Positions 24,120 through 38,978 of a stretch of DNA of 64,000 bases are shown one piece after another. The stretch's first letter is position 1. Every line of letters starts with the position of its first letter. The stretch lies in assembly GCA_951804945.1 (NCBI GenBank), contig OX638160.1:27156001-27220000 (forward strand), read 5' to 3'. This DNA is from Podarcis cretensis (Eukaryota). The notes under the pieces are model-generated. The model worked only from the letters and a program-made list of their open reading frames with translations, was not told the DNA's origin and did no database searches. The translations under genes were made by a program, and so were the position numbers.

Positions 24120-25476
24120 ATAAATAAGCATTTTCAGTATAGAGATATAGTGTCATATAAAGGGAACTTTAGAAAATGGGTTTCAAACTCTTCATCGCCA
24201 TGAACTTTTGGGGGCTGGATCTATACAATGTGGAGAACGTGTGGCTACTATGAAAAGCAGAGAATCTATATCACCACTTCATCCATCTCCATTGACAAAA
24301 CAAAACAAATCCTGCTCCACTTAATTTGCTATAGTTTACAAGGGCAAGGAATCTCTTAAGACAATAGTTATTCTGCATTATGCTATGTATTTCCTTGTCA
24401 TACTTGGACCATTATCTGTTAAGTTTGGATTGGTGGCAATCATTACTGACACCCCCCCAAGGGTGGAGGACCTGTTTGAATTGCCCACCCTTGGAGACTG
24501 GTGGAACCCAATGGCTTCCTAAATGTCCTGGGGCATTTTCCAGTAGAGAAAACTGTTGAAGCCCTAGTCTCACTATGGAATGGTGTGATGAAATGGACTG
24601 TTGACACAATCACTCCCAAACATTCTCTCTAGCATTGTAGAGCCCAAGTGGCTCCTTGGTATTCTGGGAAGTATGGGTTATGAAGCAAGCTGATAAAGAT
24701 AAGCTGTGGGTGATAGGCGAGGGTGTGAGTGAGGTATAAAAGTGTAGGGGAAGGGCAGCTGGCAAAGAGGTGGGTGAGCGGGCAAACAGGAAAGGAGCCT
24801 CTAGTCAGTAATATCAGCAAGCAAATGATACAAACCAGGAAATGTATTGGGCGGCTTTGTAAAGGAAACAAAACATTCAAAATATTGATTGTGTTTTCTT
24901 TTTACCAATGAAACTGAAACCCAAACATGTTGGGCAGCATGGTTATAGATGTAGAATAATTAACTTGGTTTTTATTGAATGAGCAGATGAAGGTACTAAA
25001 CTTCCTTTCAGTGTTTAGGCACTATTGCACAACTTACAGAGAATTTCTATGAACGACATAGGTTTCTCTAGAATGGCAGTTGTTAAATCATTTCTCTTTG
25101 GAAGCAACTTCATTTATATTTAACATTAAGTAGAGCTTCTTATGCTGCCCTTAATAGCATATATATTTTTCTAGTAGAATGTAGGTTTGCAAATTTCATT
25201 CTGCATTCCAGCTACTATAGGCATATCTTTCCTTTTATGGTTTTAATGTATGAACAATTTCTACTGCAGACAGGAATGTGTGACATATAAGACTACAGAG
25301 ACATATGTGATTTTGACCTCCTGTTGGAACATGCATTTCACTGCAGTGCATTTAGAAATGTAAATAAGGAAATAGAGGTTTTTATAACTACAACATTGTT
25401 TTAATAGAGAGACTGCAGTGAATGAAAAAATAATATTACAATAAGATAGTGGTGAGTATATACATAGAATAATATA

Positions 25477-25735
25477 ATGGTAGAGTTGGAAGGGACCACA
25501 AGGATCATCTTGTCCGTACCCCTGCATTGCAGGAATCTTTTGCCCCATGTGGGCCTTGAACCATTTGGGATGCTTCTAGTCTGCTGTAACTGTAATTAAC
25601 TTTCAACACTGGAGCAGACCTATCTAGCCTATCTAGTCCAGCATCCTGTTCACACAGTGGCCACCTGGATGCCTGCAGGAAACCCTCAAGCAGAACCTGA
25701 GCACAAGAGCGCTCTCCCATCCTGTGGTTTCCAGC
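25477..25735 (-). mobile_element. CR1-tailed SINE remnant (~25477-25562) and CR1 3'UTR fragment (~25620-25735)
   Basis: tagagttggaagggacc...cccctgcattgcaggaatcttttgccc followed by a B-box-like ttgaacc; then ctagtccagcatcctgttcacacagtggcca. Confidence 0.65.
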
Positions 25736-25948
25736 TAGAAAATGAGATGCATTTTAGAGTTTTATAAGCAATATTATTAGCTACATAACAAGATGGAACC
25801 TGAAGGTCATGTTAGCATAGCACATATTCCCCTTATTTGCTGCATCTGGTGGAAATACTGGGTTTTGAGTAGAAAATTTGTTACATTTCTGTAGCAATAG
25901 TAGTAATTAATCCCTCCTTCTTCCTTTTCTTGGATTTCTCTTTTCAAG

Positions 25949-26011
25949 CACACAGATTTATGTCAGTACATGGACAAACATCCTGGAGGACTTCATCCAG
26001 ACAATGTGAAG
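25949..26011 (+). CDS. CDK14: CDK14 exon (63 nt): HTDLCQYMDKHPGGLHPDNVK
   Basis: Long pyrimidine tract and ttttcaag|CAC acceptor; AAG|gtagga donor; phase 0 to 0. Confidence 0.95.
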
Positions 26012-29000
26012 GTAGGATACCACTTTCCAAATAAGCATTATTATATTAGGATTGTTTGTGGTAAGAAATGATACAGTGATAATGCAAGCAGACTCGTGAT
26101 TGAAGAAAGTAAACTGGCCCTTTAAAAATATTGCTTTTACTGCTGCTTGTAAGCTGGATGTTAGCAGGCACAGCTGACATTAGTTTTTGTTATTTGGATA
26201 TGAGCTGGAAACTTGATCTGGCTACCTACTGGGAAATCAGCCAAATTATTTCAGCGTAAAGTAGAATCCAGTTAGTCATCTTAGAGACCACCCAGGTAAT
26301 ATTTGTTCAGTGGCCTTGCTTTTTGATTATTTTCATCAGTGAAATAATCAGAAACACACTGTATCATAGAATATATACTTCAAATTGTTAAATTTAGGAT
26401 TGTGATTTATTTCTCTATGTTAGGGTCCTACATGTAGGTTTTTTAAGAATGAGAAAAGGCTGTGGTCCTAACAGATTGATTGCATTATATAGATGTATTC
26501 ATATTTTTTAAAAAAGAAAGTGTGTCTGTGTTGTAATGCCCCAGGATTAATTTCTGGTTCTGCAACACAGTACTTGTGGGATTTCTGGAGGCAATCAAGT
26601 GAGTGTGTGCATGTGGAAACATTAACACTGGAATATAACCCTTGTGGGAACATTCAGCATTATGCTGCAGAAATCTGTGATCCTGCTCCAGCTTATATCC
26701 CTGAATGTTACATTTATTTATTTTATTTGAGAAATTTGTACTCTGCATTTCACTGAAGAGACCCAGGGTGATGAACAGTAACACTGCAATCACAGTAAAC
26801 AATAAAACTTGTAAAACAAAATCAATCAATCAGGATCATATAATTAAGAATAAATAACACCACAAAAGCAAAAATAGGGTTTCATGATGCATTACATTCC
26901 TTTCTGAAAGCTTGGACCAAAAGGTGCATCTTTGCTTGTCATGAAATGTAAACAGCGTGACACACCTCAGAGGGGAGCTTTCACCCAAAGCTGCAAGGCC
27001 AGTACAGAAGAAAGCTCCCTTCTGGGCTCCAGATCACCAAGACTACTTCCTCTACAAAAGCTAACATGGAAGTGTTAACATGGATATCTTAAACTGGATA
27101 ATCAAGTTTTAAAATGTGTGCATGCACTTGAAGGATCACTTTGAGTGTCAGATGCTTACACAAGAGTTTTCAGCTCTCTGGCATCTCTCAATACGGCCAA
27201 GACATTCTGCCAAAAAAAGTGTGCATTGCCTAAGAAATAAGTGTTTATGTGGACGCACAAGATCTTGCTTATTTTACTTTATTTTATTCCTTGTTTGTCA
27301 TTGTACCACCCAGGGGAGGTAACAATAAATGTTTCAAAATAAACATTGTGCATTCCTTGTTAAAGGCCTCAAGTTGTTTTTTCCCCGTAGACCTTCAGAA
27401 GAGGCACTAGAAATTTATACTGATACTTTTAGTGTATTCATGCAACACATTTTCACTTCTAGTTTGGCTACTTAGAAGAGTTGTATAACCATGTCTATTT
27501 ATTTTTGTGTAAAAATAAACAACGTGGTTTTTTTTCTTTTGGGATTGTGTAGCAAGAACGCTGAATACACAGAAACATAAACTTCCTTTATTAGTAGCCT
27601 TAGTGTCTCAGGGAAACCTCTGTTCTAATTAGGAATCCATTTTTATTTCTCGTTTTCCATCTGAAAGTAATGGATTCCTCTAGGGTTTACTTTTAGAAAA
27701 ATAATTGCAGGTGAAATTTCCTTCTGACATAACTGCCTTTCATCACATGTCTGCTGTAATAACTGAAATGATTCTGAGTTGTTTGCTCTTTGTATATCAA
27801 TCTAATATATATAATAATAAGCATTTAAAAATACTGTAGCTTTAATAACCTCAAAACCATACCATAAATTGTTGGGTTGATGGGACAGATTGGAGTTTGG
27901 TTGATGCTTTGTTATACTATGCATTATTATACCATGATACACTGTAAAAACAAACAAAAAAGGGATAATAAATAAATAAATTGCTGGGTTGTACAATACA
28001 CACATACTCCAATTATTACCATTTAGGTTGCGTCACTGTACGTGTATAATAATGAAATATCTGGGCCCAGTTAAGATGTAATGAGAAAGCATGGTTTCCT
28101 GCTATGTGAATAAGCGACAGAAAGCCCTTCTCCTCTTTCACACACCTGAGAAGCATCTGCTTCCATTCTTAATCAGTTCTCTTCATGGTCTGCAGTTGGG
28201 AAAAGCTTCTAATAACCTTCTGTCCTAAGATTAAAAGAGGTGAGACTGTGGTTTCCTGTTACCTCTAAACTAGGCCAGTGTGTGTATATGTAGATAATAT
28301 TTTTACTCGTTTTTTTGAACCGTTCTTTGGGCATTTCGTTTCAAAACCAAAAGCACAATTACATCATAAGAAAAGAGTAAGACATCTTTGTAGAAGTGTT
28401 CCAAATGCTAGTTCCATGTTGGAAGGTAGAATGTGCATTCATGAGTGGCTACAATTAAAGAGCTCAGTCTTGGAATTTTTTAATTATTATTTTTTTTTGA
28501 AAGGTAAGACTTTCAACTTCTTGGTCAAGAAAAGCAGAAGCAGCATTTCAACCAGCACAGAATCCATTTGAGGGGGAGTTTCAGCTTTCCCCTTGACTTA
28601 GGAATGGTATCGCTGTGAAACTCTTGAGGGCTGTTGGAACCTTACTTCCTAATGTATAGCCACATATCTATATCTATTGAGATAGATATAAAGGCATAGA
28701 TATAGTTATAGATATATTGCTTCCTAATATTGATCTATATATCTGTGCTGCAGCTAAGAATTGGCTAGATAGTTCATGTCAATATTTATTCATAAAACTT
28801 TTTCTATTTCTAGGATAATAGGGAAATTGCAATGAAGTTGTGAAATTTTACATAAAAAGCTTTTTTATTTGGTGAATGTTATCAAAATTCTAAAGTCCCA
28901 CATGTTTCTCTGTCATGAACATTATCCTTTAACTACGTTGCCTAAGTAATATCTGTTCTTGAAAAATGGATAAGTTAATGACCAATTTGGAAATTAACAA

Positions 29001-30542
29001 CCAGAGTGAAAGCCTTAGGGTATTTGCCATCTTATAAATATTTATATTTTTATAGGCATAAGTAATTATGCTTGAAATTACCCAAAAGCAATGAGGGGAA
29101 ATTACCCAAAAGCAATGAGTGTTCAGAACAAGCGAGTAATTCATTAACATTTATTATACATCATTTTCATTTAAATAAAAAGAAGTATTTTAATATGCCT
29201 GTGTAAATACATGTGGAGTATAATCTTTCTGAGCAGCAGTTTTTCAGTGTATCCTGTAATTCAAATTAATGCATTAATGGAGGGTTTACTAATATACCTG
29301 CTTGTTTTATTGTATCAAGAGTTACCCTCACCCCCTTTGTTTAGAATGTGTATGTTTTCCTTCCTGAAATCTCCCTAAGGTATATTCATGCATAACACTG
29401 CCAAGATGATTGACACATAGCAGCATGATATGTATTGCTCTTCATATTTTGGGAAAAGAAAGTAATTGTCCTGCATAAAAAGGAATTTGGAGAATATTTA
29501 ATATGCTATATACTGGGTATGCTGTATACTGGGTGTGTGTCTTACAAGTGCATGTGTAGACAGTAAAATAAACAGATGTTATTCTATACTGGTGTAACAC
29601 ATGCAGTTTAACCTGTGTTTATTAATAGACTTTTAAAATCAGATCAGTTTGAATGCATGCAGGTGAAATTCTTACAACAGCAGCACACTTTTTCAGACCT
29701 ACATCAATGAACAGGATTGAGCAGAAATCTAGGATCCATTCTGGAAATATTCATGATTCTATATGATTTCTTTATAATTTTATCCATTTACACATCTTTG
29801 AAATGTCTGCTTTTGTCTCAGAAGGTGTGATGTCTGTGGTGCATGGCTGGGTTTTTCCATTAATTACAGTGGATATACTAAACAGGATTATTTGGCATTT
29901 AATGTAGTTGATAAGTTGCAGTTTTCCATTACTCTTTAGAGGGTAAGCAGGTGCAGAAAAGGGTAGGATAATGTTATGCTAAATTAAGGCTGTCTCTTTC
30001 AGATGGCATTGAGAATCGATTTTTTAAAATAAGCTTTTCTGGTGATCAATCATCAACTAAATCATCATGATTTTACACTGATTATTTTATCTCTTCCACT
30101 TAGACATTAATGAACTATGCATGATCATTAAATAAAAATGCTTCCCCCTAAGTTTTTAAGCATAACTACCTGAATCATCCTTACAGTATATTTCCATAAC
30201 TGAACCCTCATCCCTCATGATGCATATACTGTATATATGCAAGGTTTTTTAAAAAGAAAGGCGATCAAGAATTGTCTGTGCAAGTTTTTTTCCTTTAGCA
30301 TTTTCATTAAATTTTGAAAGAGCCATTGATTGTGATGATGTGTGAAGGAGCCTTTTAACCTCATTGATCAAGGAGGACAGTTTCTTCCTTCTATTAACAT
30401 TATGCTAGCAGATCAGGAAGGTGTATTATTTTGCTCAGTTAATTAATCATACTTGTCAGAACATCAGCATTGTGAAGGAAACGGGAAAGATTGATAAGCA
30501 CAGTAAATAAAGGTATAAATGTGTACTTTTCGAAATATAAAG

Positions 30543-30830
30543 TTACAGATAGGTAGCCGTGTTGGTCTGCCATAGTCAAAACAAAATAAAAAAATTCCTT
30601 CCAGTAGCACCTTAAAGACCAACTAAGTTAGTTCTAGGTATGAGCTTTCGTGTGCATGCACACTTCTTCAGATACACTGAAACAGAAGTCACCAGACCCT
30701 TCTATATAGTGAGAAGGTGGGGAGGGGTATTACTCAGAAGGGTGGTGGGAATGGGTGATTGGCAGATAGCTGTGATGAGCCTGTTGACGACTCTTAACGA
30801 CTGCAATAGGTCTTACTGCAATAGGTCTTA
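30543..30830 (-). mobile_element. Truncated Penelope-like element (pseudo-LTR end)
   Basis: ggtagccgtgttggtctg...gtagcaccttaaagaccaacta...gagctttcgtg...cacttcttcagat is the typical reptile PLE terminus. ~15-bp TSD ttt(c/t)gaaatataaag at 30528-30542 and 30833-30847; 15-bp tandem duplication at the truncation point. Confidence 0.85.
30638..30675 (-). ncRNA. Minimal type I hammerhead ribozyme motif
   Basis: Minus strand reads GUAU-CUGAAGA-A-GUGUGCAUGCACAC-GAAA-GCUC-AUAC: CUGANGA and GAAA boxes, stem II, palindromic AGCU replacing stem III, UC cleavage site, 4-bp stem I. Confidence 0.8.
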
Positions 30831-33800
30831 TATTTTGAAATATAAAGATCTTAGTGGTGTGGTCTTACTGTAGGATGTTTCCATATGGAAAAGTCCTGAA
30901 AGGAGTTGGTTGGAAGGACACCTTTTTTGTGAAAGCAAGTGTGATATCTGTCCCTTGTAAGAATGTAGTTATGCTATAGAGTTCAAAATCTGGAAACCAT
31001 GTCTTTAGCAAATTCTGCCCCTGAAATGTCCACTATCTTAGAAGGCCCAAAATGCTGTTGTTCTGAGAATTGTTATTAACATATTTCATGTCCTTTCAAA
31101 GGCTAATTGGGCTGTAAGAATATGTTTTCCTTAAGACAAACTAGAATGCACCCTGGTCAAGTAGGGATCTGCACCTTGGTTTCTTCAGGGATGTGGTGGC
31201 AAGCTAGTTTTGTCATTGGAGATCACCACCATCATCATCGTCATTTGACACTTGGGCTAAAAATCAATTTTCAAAAGTTGTCTATCAGAATTTGTCTTTT
31301 TATTTTTCTTTCCTTTTTTGGTGAAAATTGGAAATGTCACCCAGCAGTTATAATTCTAGTCTTACTTCTGTGTTTGAAGGCATGTCATCCTCTTTTGGGG
31401 TATCACAGCAGCTCCACTGCTCTCTTGGCATCTGTAGGTTTAGATGTTGCCTCTAGAATGTGAGCCAATGAAGTCAAATGTGGCTGTTGTGTTTTCTTGG
31501 CAATTGTCCACTTATAAATATATGTTGAATTTGATAGCATGGTGGTCACTGTTCTGAGTCTGTTCAGCAAAACTTTAATCTTGCACTGGGTCCTGGGTAC
31601 CACTAAAGATTAAGCGCAGGGTAACTGCCCTTTACTTTGTTCTATGACCATCTGTTTTAGGATATAGTTTGTGGGGTTTATGTATGTAGTGTTTAAGGTG
31701 ACCACTTAACCCATCACCAAAAAGAGGACAAAATATTATAGATCTGAAAAACAAAACAAAACAGACATGCTTGTTTATATGTATAGATGCACATTTAAAA
31801 TTACTGTGTGCTTGCTCAGTCTTCTGTACAGGTGCTAACTGTTAAAGGGCAACTTCAAGATCCTCTGCTCTCTCTACTTCTCATTCATTATCTTAACTTT
31901 GAATTTATAATTTATTTTACTGAGGCCTTTACAATAGAGGATTCTTTCAAAGGCAAGCCTGTCCCTAATGGTGTTCCATATTATATTTACAATTTCACTG
32001 CTCAAACTATTTCCAGTGGCACACTTTAAAATATTAACCCACCTCCACATTTCAGTTTTCCATTTTCTGTCACCTTTCTTATGTACGCAATTACTGTGAG
32101 TATAATAAGTAAGTCTCAAAATTGTTGAAAATCTCTTAAGTCATAAACTGGAGAATTTTGTAGTTTGTAGTCTGAACGAGTGGAAAGAACCTTAGTTCTT
32201 GCTGAGAGAGCTGATACGTCTTTATTGGAGAAATTGTTGGTTTTAATGTGTTTGCCCTTACATTTTAATCATTGCTAACACATTGATATCACACTCCATA
32301 AACCTCTAAATTGATTTGACCTTCCAATGGCACCATCGCTCCCAGGACTCATTATTGGAAAGCAGTACCTCAGTTAAAGTGCGATTGTCAAGGCAAAACA
32401 GCAAAAGCATGCTTTTTGCATGGCCATCAAGTGTGGTGTTTCAGTACTTTAGATTGTTTTACAGATTAACTAAACAGTTTGATTGCACTTCAAAATGCAT
32501 CAAAGCTAACATTATGTGAATCTGTTTTTTATTTTCCCCATGATATATATCTGTTCAGCTAGACCTTTGGAGGCAATTACTGTCATTAATGTTATATAAA
32601 GTTTTTAGTTTTTTCCGCAAGCTGTATTTTATTAATGAATGGTTTAAATATGGTATATTGTTGTTCAATGTTGAATGTATATGTTGAAAAGCATTATAAG
32701 ATCACTATGTGTGTGATATTTGGTAGTCTAGAAATTTTGTCAATAAATATAAAAGCAAGTAGGCTTCTATATGTGTAACATCTCTTCCAATGTTGTCTGA
32801 ATTGTCTGTGTGTTTCTCTTTTTGGAACTCTTTTGACCATCCTTTCCCTTACCAGTGGGACATCCTGATTATTTTCAGAGTTTCCCATAAAATTGTTTTG
32901 GAGGCATCCAAAGCCACTTTGTCATTGCTCTAAATACCAAACTTACTGGCAATTTGAACCTCACTTTGTCCAGGCATACCAGCGGTGCCTTACTTGAGTT
33001 CAACTCAACATTTATAAGATTTCTCATTGATGATCACACAGAAACAAGGCCACTTCACTAAATGAAGAACTGGAATTTGGCAACAACATAATATTCTCAC
33101 AATATTGAAGTTAACATACAAGGTACAAGGTGTACAGCGGTGTATTCTAACATAACATTGTACAATATTTGTTCAATATAAATAGTATTCCACCAAACAG
33201 GAAGTTTTGTTCATTTGTCTTTACTGTGTGGCTTGCCATTTTTTCAGACTGATGACTTGAAATAAAAAACCTAGGTGTGACATAATTGAAATTTTACAAC
33301 TTTGCTTCAGTACTGCAGAGCACTTCACATATGCACTCCTGCGCAGGTAGAGTAGGTTTTTAGTGGATATGGTTAAGCTGCTTTGTGGGGAAAGTTCCTC
33401 GAAAAGTGATCTATGTATAAATAAATAAATATGGCCTATTATGTTCTCAGTTAAAATAAACTTTGATGATTCCTAGGATCCAGAGCAACCTCCCTGTACT
33501 GGGAGTTGAGAAAGCTATTTTTATAATGTATAATCTAAAATTTAAGATTTATACTAGCCAGCTTCATTTCATTGTTTAAAAATACAATGTGTCAAAAATG
33601 CCACCTGAACCTTTATTTTTTCCTAATTTATTTCTGTACTTGTTACCCTTGTATTTCCTCAGTTTCTTTCAGAAATTAACAATATACTATCATGTGAACA
33701 GGCAGAGAGGAAAGGACATTTAATTAAATATTCAGCTTTAGTAACATGACATTTCTGTACTTCATGTTGCCCTTTGGTTTATTCAGTAATCATATTCCAT

Positions 33801-34682
33801 AAATTCATACAGGTGCTGTGTTGATAGCTAATTAGGAACTACTTCATGCCGGTATATTGATTCTGAGATTTTTTAATGGTCTAATATTCCTACACAAACA
33901 AGAGGACATCACTGTTTGCAAATAGCTTAACGGCTGGGTGAAGTAAAATGTTTGTGTTATGTCTATGATATATTGCAATTATCTTGTCATGTAATAATAA
34001 CCTTACGACTGTTTTTACAAAAGATTTGCTACTGAAGAGTAGCCTTAATATCTGGCATGCTGAGGTGAAATCAGCAAAAAGAAACTCACAATTTTGCCAG
34101 CATGCAAACCTAATATTTGATGTAGTCCTCTGACAAGTGACTTTCATATGAGATTTGAAATTATAAGAAAATACAAAGTGCACAGTGAGTTCCTATATAT
34201 ATTAGCATACTGAGAATATATCTAATCCCACAGTTAGCCTATCTTTAGAAGTATTGTGAATAAGTGAAAATTCCCTCTTTGGTCACATTTTGAGTTTTTG
34301 AAAATAAACTCTTGTATCAAATATTTGAGAATAAAAGCCTTTGGGATTTATATATTTTTGATATCCTATTTCCACTACTTTCATATATATTTTTTGTCCC
34401 AGCACTGTGTTCTTCTCCTTTCCTCTTCTCCATATGCTGTTGTTTTCTTTAATTAGTGAAGATACACATCTGTCTTCAGGCTACCACCTAATCTCTGAGG
34501 CCATATGGGTAAACAGAATATAATTGTGGCTTTATAGGGATTGACTCTACTGTTTGTAGTTATTGTTAAGGATTGTTAAAGCAGGTGAATAGAGTTGGAT
34601 GCAGTGAAATGGATGTTTCGTACCTCTACATATTAAACATTGCTTAAAAATAAATTCTGGTATTTTAAAATCACACCTGTAG

Positions 34683-34940
<258 letters not shown>

Positions 34941-36787
34941 TAAAAGATTTTCTTATAAAGATGTGGGAAATGTTTCAGCTATCTTACTCTTAGTCACAAG
35001 CTGACTCTGGACACAGTGATGATTGATAAAATAAAATTCATAGAAATACTTCATATCCTACTGAATGACAAGAGCATGGAAAGAAGTAACCTGTCTCAGT
35101 ACTAGCTAGAAAGTTTGAAATCCTACAGTTTACAGCTGAGTACAGTCTTTCTTATTAGCATGGTATTTAACTTGAAGGAAATTATTTGTTATTGCAAGTA
35201 AGTAATATTTTCTCCATACAGTTATGGGTTCAGGAAGACACTGAAGCATTTTAAGCATATTTAGGATGTTTCTTGGTCGCTTCTTAATTGAAAGACTAGT
35301 CTCCAGCAAGATACTTTCATGCTGTCAATGGAGTGTTGAGTCTTCCCCTTATTATTTTACATTGTGTTTAATGAAAATCTGTAGTTAGACTTGGGTAGAA
35401 AAGAGAAGATAAATGTTTTTAATTGAAGTTATATTATTTCCTTATACAGTATCACGATATTTTGAAATTGAATACAAGATGAGTTGACTTTTTTAGTGAA
35501 AACTATAATAAAAATTTAAACTACCAGATAAAGCTATATAGGGTCATGATCCCACATTGCCATAATGAGAAATAGTAAAGCAAATCTGTCTCTTCAGAAG
35601 TATTAATATTACAAAGTTATATGCAAAGTTGCTCTTCCACCAAAGACATCAAATGATTTTGCTGCTCTTGGAATATATTTCGCTCATGTTTCTATTTTCT
35701 TAGAAGGTTGTTGCACAAGGATTATTGTGAAGCTATTATCCTTATTATGCACACAAGAAATAGAAATGTAAATGTAGCTGGTTGATTTCGGCAGATAGGA
35801 TGTCAGTAAAGCATCTTCTTTTCTTCTGGAGAAGGCTTATTTTTTCAGAGTAATAAATACGAAATCACTAAAGACCTTTCAAACCTGAAGAGATGGCCTT
35901 CAGATCTGGTACCACAAGTTTATAAAACTCAACAGTGCAACTCACAGTTTTAATTCAGTGTCCCAGGGACACTTCATCTTCTCTGAGCTAAAAAAAAATA
36001 AATCATACTCAGAGCTTAGACCTTTGGAAAACCATTGTTTTTGTATTAAAAAATTACAAAATTCTCACGTTTGCTGGTATATTGTGTTGTAGCTGATGGA
36101 TTTGTAAATATAGATAATAATCTCTCACCAAAGAAACAGTTCAGGGCTGTGTTTACCACCATACAGCAGCACTCTAAAATAGCATTTATGAAGATGAATC
36201 TATTTATCAAAGACAATGAAAAAACAGATGGGATTTTTAATAAAATTAAAAATTGAAGAAAGCATGAGAAAAATTGAAGGCTGTGTTTGGTGTGCTTTTT
36301 GGAAATAATTGTTGCACAAAGGAGAGCAGTCGTGTGTGTGTGTAAAATCCCATCACTGATCTACCACCAAAGTCCTGTGGGATAGGGTAGAAGATTCTGG
36401 AAGTGGCCTTTTCCTCTCTCCCTGCCCTCACTGAAGTGTTTTTATTTTCCCTGCTACTACTATACCATCTTCAGTGATGGAGTTGTTCAGAGCCATTTGG
36501 GGAGATATGTCTGGGAAACAAAGGGACTTGGGAGCCCACAACCTGCAACTTCCTCTGACGTGTCACCAACACGCCCCATATCTGGGCCCATCACCAGCAG
36601 AGCACCTCTGGCTGACCAGTCATTGGTAGACCTTTCCAGCACCTCAGCAAGGAAAGCTCCAGTGGTGAGCCTCCCTGCCCACCCACACAGTGGGATGTTG
36701 GCAACTTCCATTGGCCATTCATCTGCCCTTCCCAGAAGATTAGGATTGCTTGCTAAGAAAAGTGGTATTTTTTCCTTTTTATTATAA

Positions 36788-37130
36788 GGCGCTGGGGGTT
36801 AAACCACAGAGCCTAGGACTTGCTGATCAGAAGGTTGGCGGTTCGAATTCCCGTGACGGGGTGAGCTCCCGTTGCTCAGTCCCTGCTCCTGCCAACCTAG
36901 CAGTTCGAAAGCACGTCAAAGTGCAAGTAGATAAATAGGTACCGCTCCGGTGGGAAGGTAAACAGCGTTTCCGTGCACTGCTCTGGTTCGCCAGAAGTGG
37001 CTTCGTCATGCTGGCCACATGAGCCGGAAGCTGTATGCCGACTCCCTTGGCCAATAAAGCAAGATGAGCACCGCAACCCCAGAGTCGGCCACGACTGGAC
37101 CTAGTGGTCAGGGGTCCCTTTATACCTTTA
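36788..37130 (+). mobile_element. Sauria SINE, second subfamily, slightly 5'-truncated
   Basis: Same core as the 640 copy, with B box GGTTCGAATTCC and a short ACCTTT tail, but a divergent 3' half. Confidence 0.92.
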
Positions 37131-38944
37131 AGTTGAAATTCTAAAGGTTCTTAAAATATGGCACGAGTTCTCCCTGTTACACAGTTAAATGAGAAGTAAA
37201 TTGAGCTGATTTGGGTGTGAATTTGATATACTTTATCTATTTCCCAAAGCAAAGCTAATGTGCTGGCTGTAGCCAGCAAATAAAACTAATGTTTTAAGTT
37301 AACTAATCACACAGTGAAACTTGAACTGCAGAGCTAACTGCCTTTGACCTTTCTTCACATTTTTTTACTTGATTGTTTATAGATTTAAAGTCTCCAGTGC
37401 TTTTGCATAAGGTTGCTATTTTGGATCGTAGAGCAGATTGAGAATTATAAACTTTTTAGAGATCTTTTGTTGGAATGGGGGCATGATGGAATGTTGCAAT
37501 AAAGGAAGCTGCTCATTTTTGTTTCAGTACAGTGTATTTAAAATTATGCTGAGTAAGAGGAGAATGTAAAATGCAACATGTATCCATGAAGGTAGTGGTT
37601 TTTAAAAAATAGATTACAGCATTCTTGATCCTAACAAGCTACATGACTAGTAACTTTGCAGTAAATATTTATATAAAATATGGTGTTTTCTTATGAAGCA
37701 ATTTTAACAAGCTACCCTAACTGCTTTTCTGGTAGAAGTATGCATCTAATTCCAGTCACATCTGGCCATAAGTTTCATGTGGTGACAATATTTGTTTATT
37801 CATTCATATAAAATCTTCTGTCCTACCCTTTTGGTGCCTTTGTGCCACTCAAGGTGAGCTGCAATAATATAAAATCACAGTGCAATAAAAATATATTAAA
37901 CTATAAAGAATCAAGCAATAAAAATACATAAAATATACACCAGGTAAAACACACATCAAAGTCAAGTTAAAAGCAGCAGCCGCAGGTAAAAATGACCTTA
38001 ACTGGTTAAAGCTGGCCAAAATAAAATAATAAATTAATGCACCATTAGCAAACTATTCCCATTCCCCCCAAAACATAAAAAACACTCCTGTTGCAATATG
38101 TCAGTGTACTTAAGAATTCCACTGGGCAAGGATGTAGGAAGAAGGAAGTTGGACTTGGCTGTCCTGGCACAAAATGATTGTTTTGTTGATGTGTGTCTAT
38201 GAGTGTTTGTGGCTGAAGTGAGCCAAAACACGAGGGCGGCTTACATTTTCCATTGTTTATTTAGATTAATAGATTGGCTGGCTGGTATTTCTTGAGCCTG
38301 GCAATTCCCAGTTGTTCTTTCTCCTCCAGACATGTCATGTAGAGGAACAGCAACTTGTCATGCTGATAGAATTCTGATGAAAAGAAATACAGATGAGAAG
38401 GAAAAGGAGGTTGAAGTTCTGGAAGCCAAACCTGCATTTTGGATTTGTGCAGTTATTGTTGAGCACAGATGCCTGCTGTGTAGGCGCTACTTGTAACTGG
38501 TACTTTATTTTATTTTGTAAAAGATGGTTGTACTAGTTATTTTAGGCCTTGGCTGCAAGCTCAGTAGCAGTTTGTGGCTGCAAATAATATACAGGCACTT
38601 GAAAAACAGGCTCTACAAAGCAGAAGTACATCAGTGAGAAACTGGGACTGTGCCCAAAGAATATTGTTGGCCTCGCTGTAATAGCTAGAAAGGGTAGAGT
38701 TTTAACATTGCCACAGATAATTTAAGCTCTGCATTTAAGAGATTTTTCTACAGTCTTCATGCTCTGCTAGTTTTCCTTTAGCCTTGTAAACTGGGATTAT
38801 TTAGCAGCATCACCTTTAACCCTCAGTCAGACTTCCAGGTATGAATACAACTTGAGAAGATTCCGTAAAGTTCTTCAAACATTTCTACTGAGATGAGGAA
38901 CTTGGGCAGGAAGCTGTGTTAACAAAATGCCTATCTTGTATTAA

Positions 38945-38945
38945 G

Positions 38946-38978
<33 letters not shown>

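Noticed and set aside
29074-29119. 22-bp direct repeat (and a 15-bp one at 2582-2614) as a CRISPR-like or regulatory array
   Set aside because: Two copies only, simple slippage duplications in a vertebrate intron.
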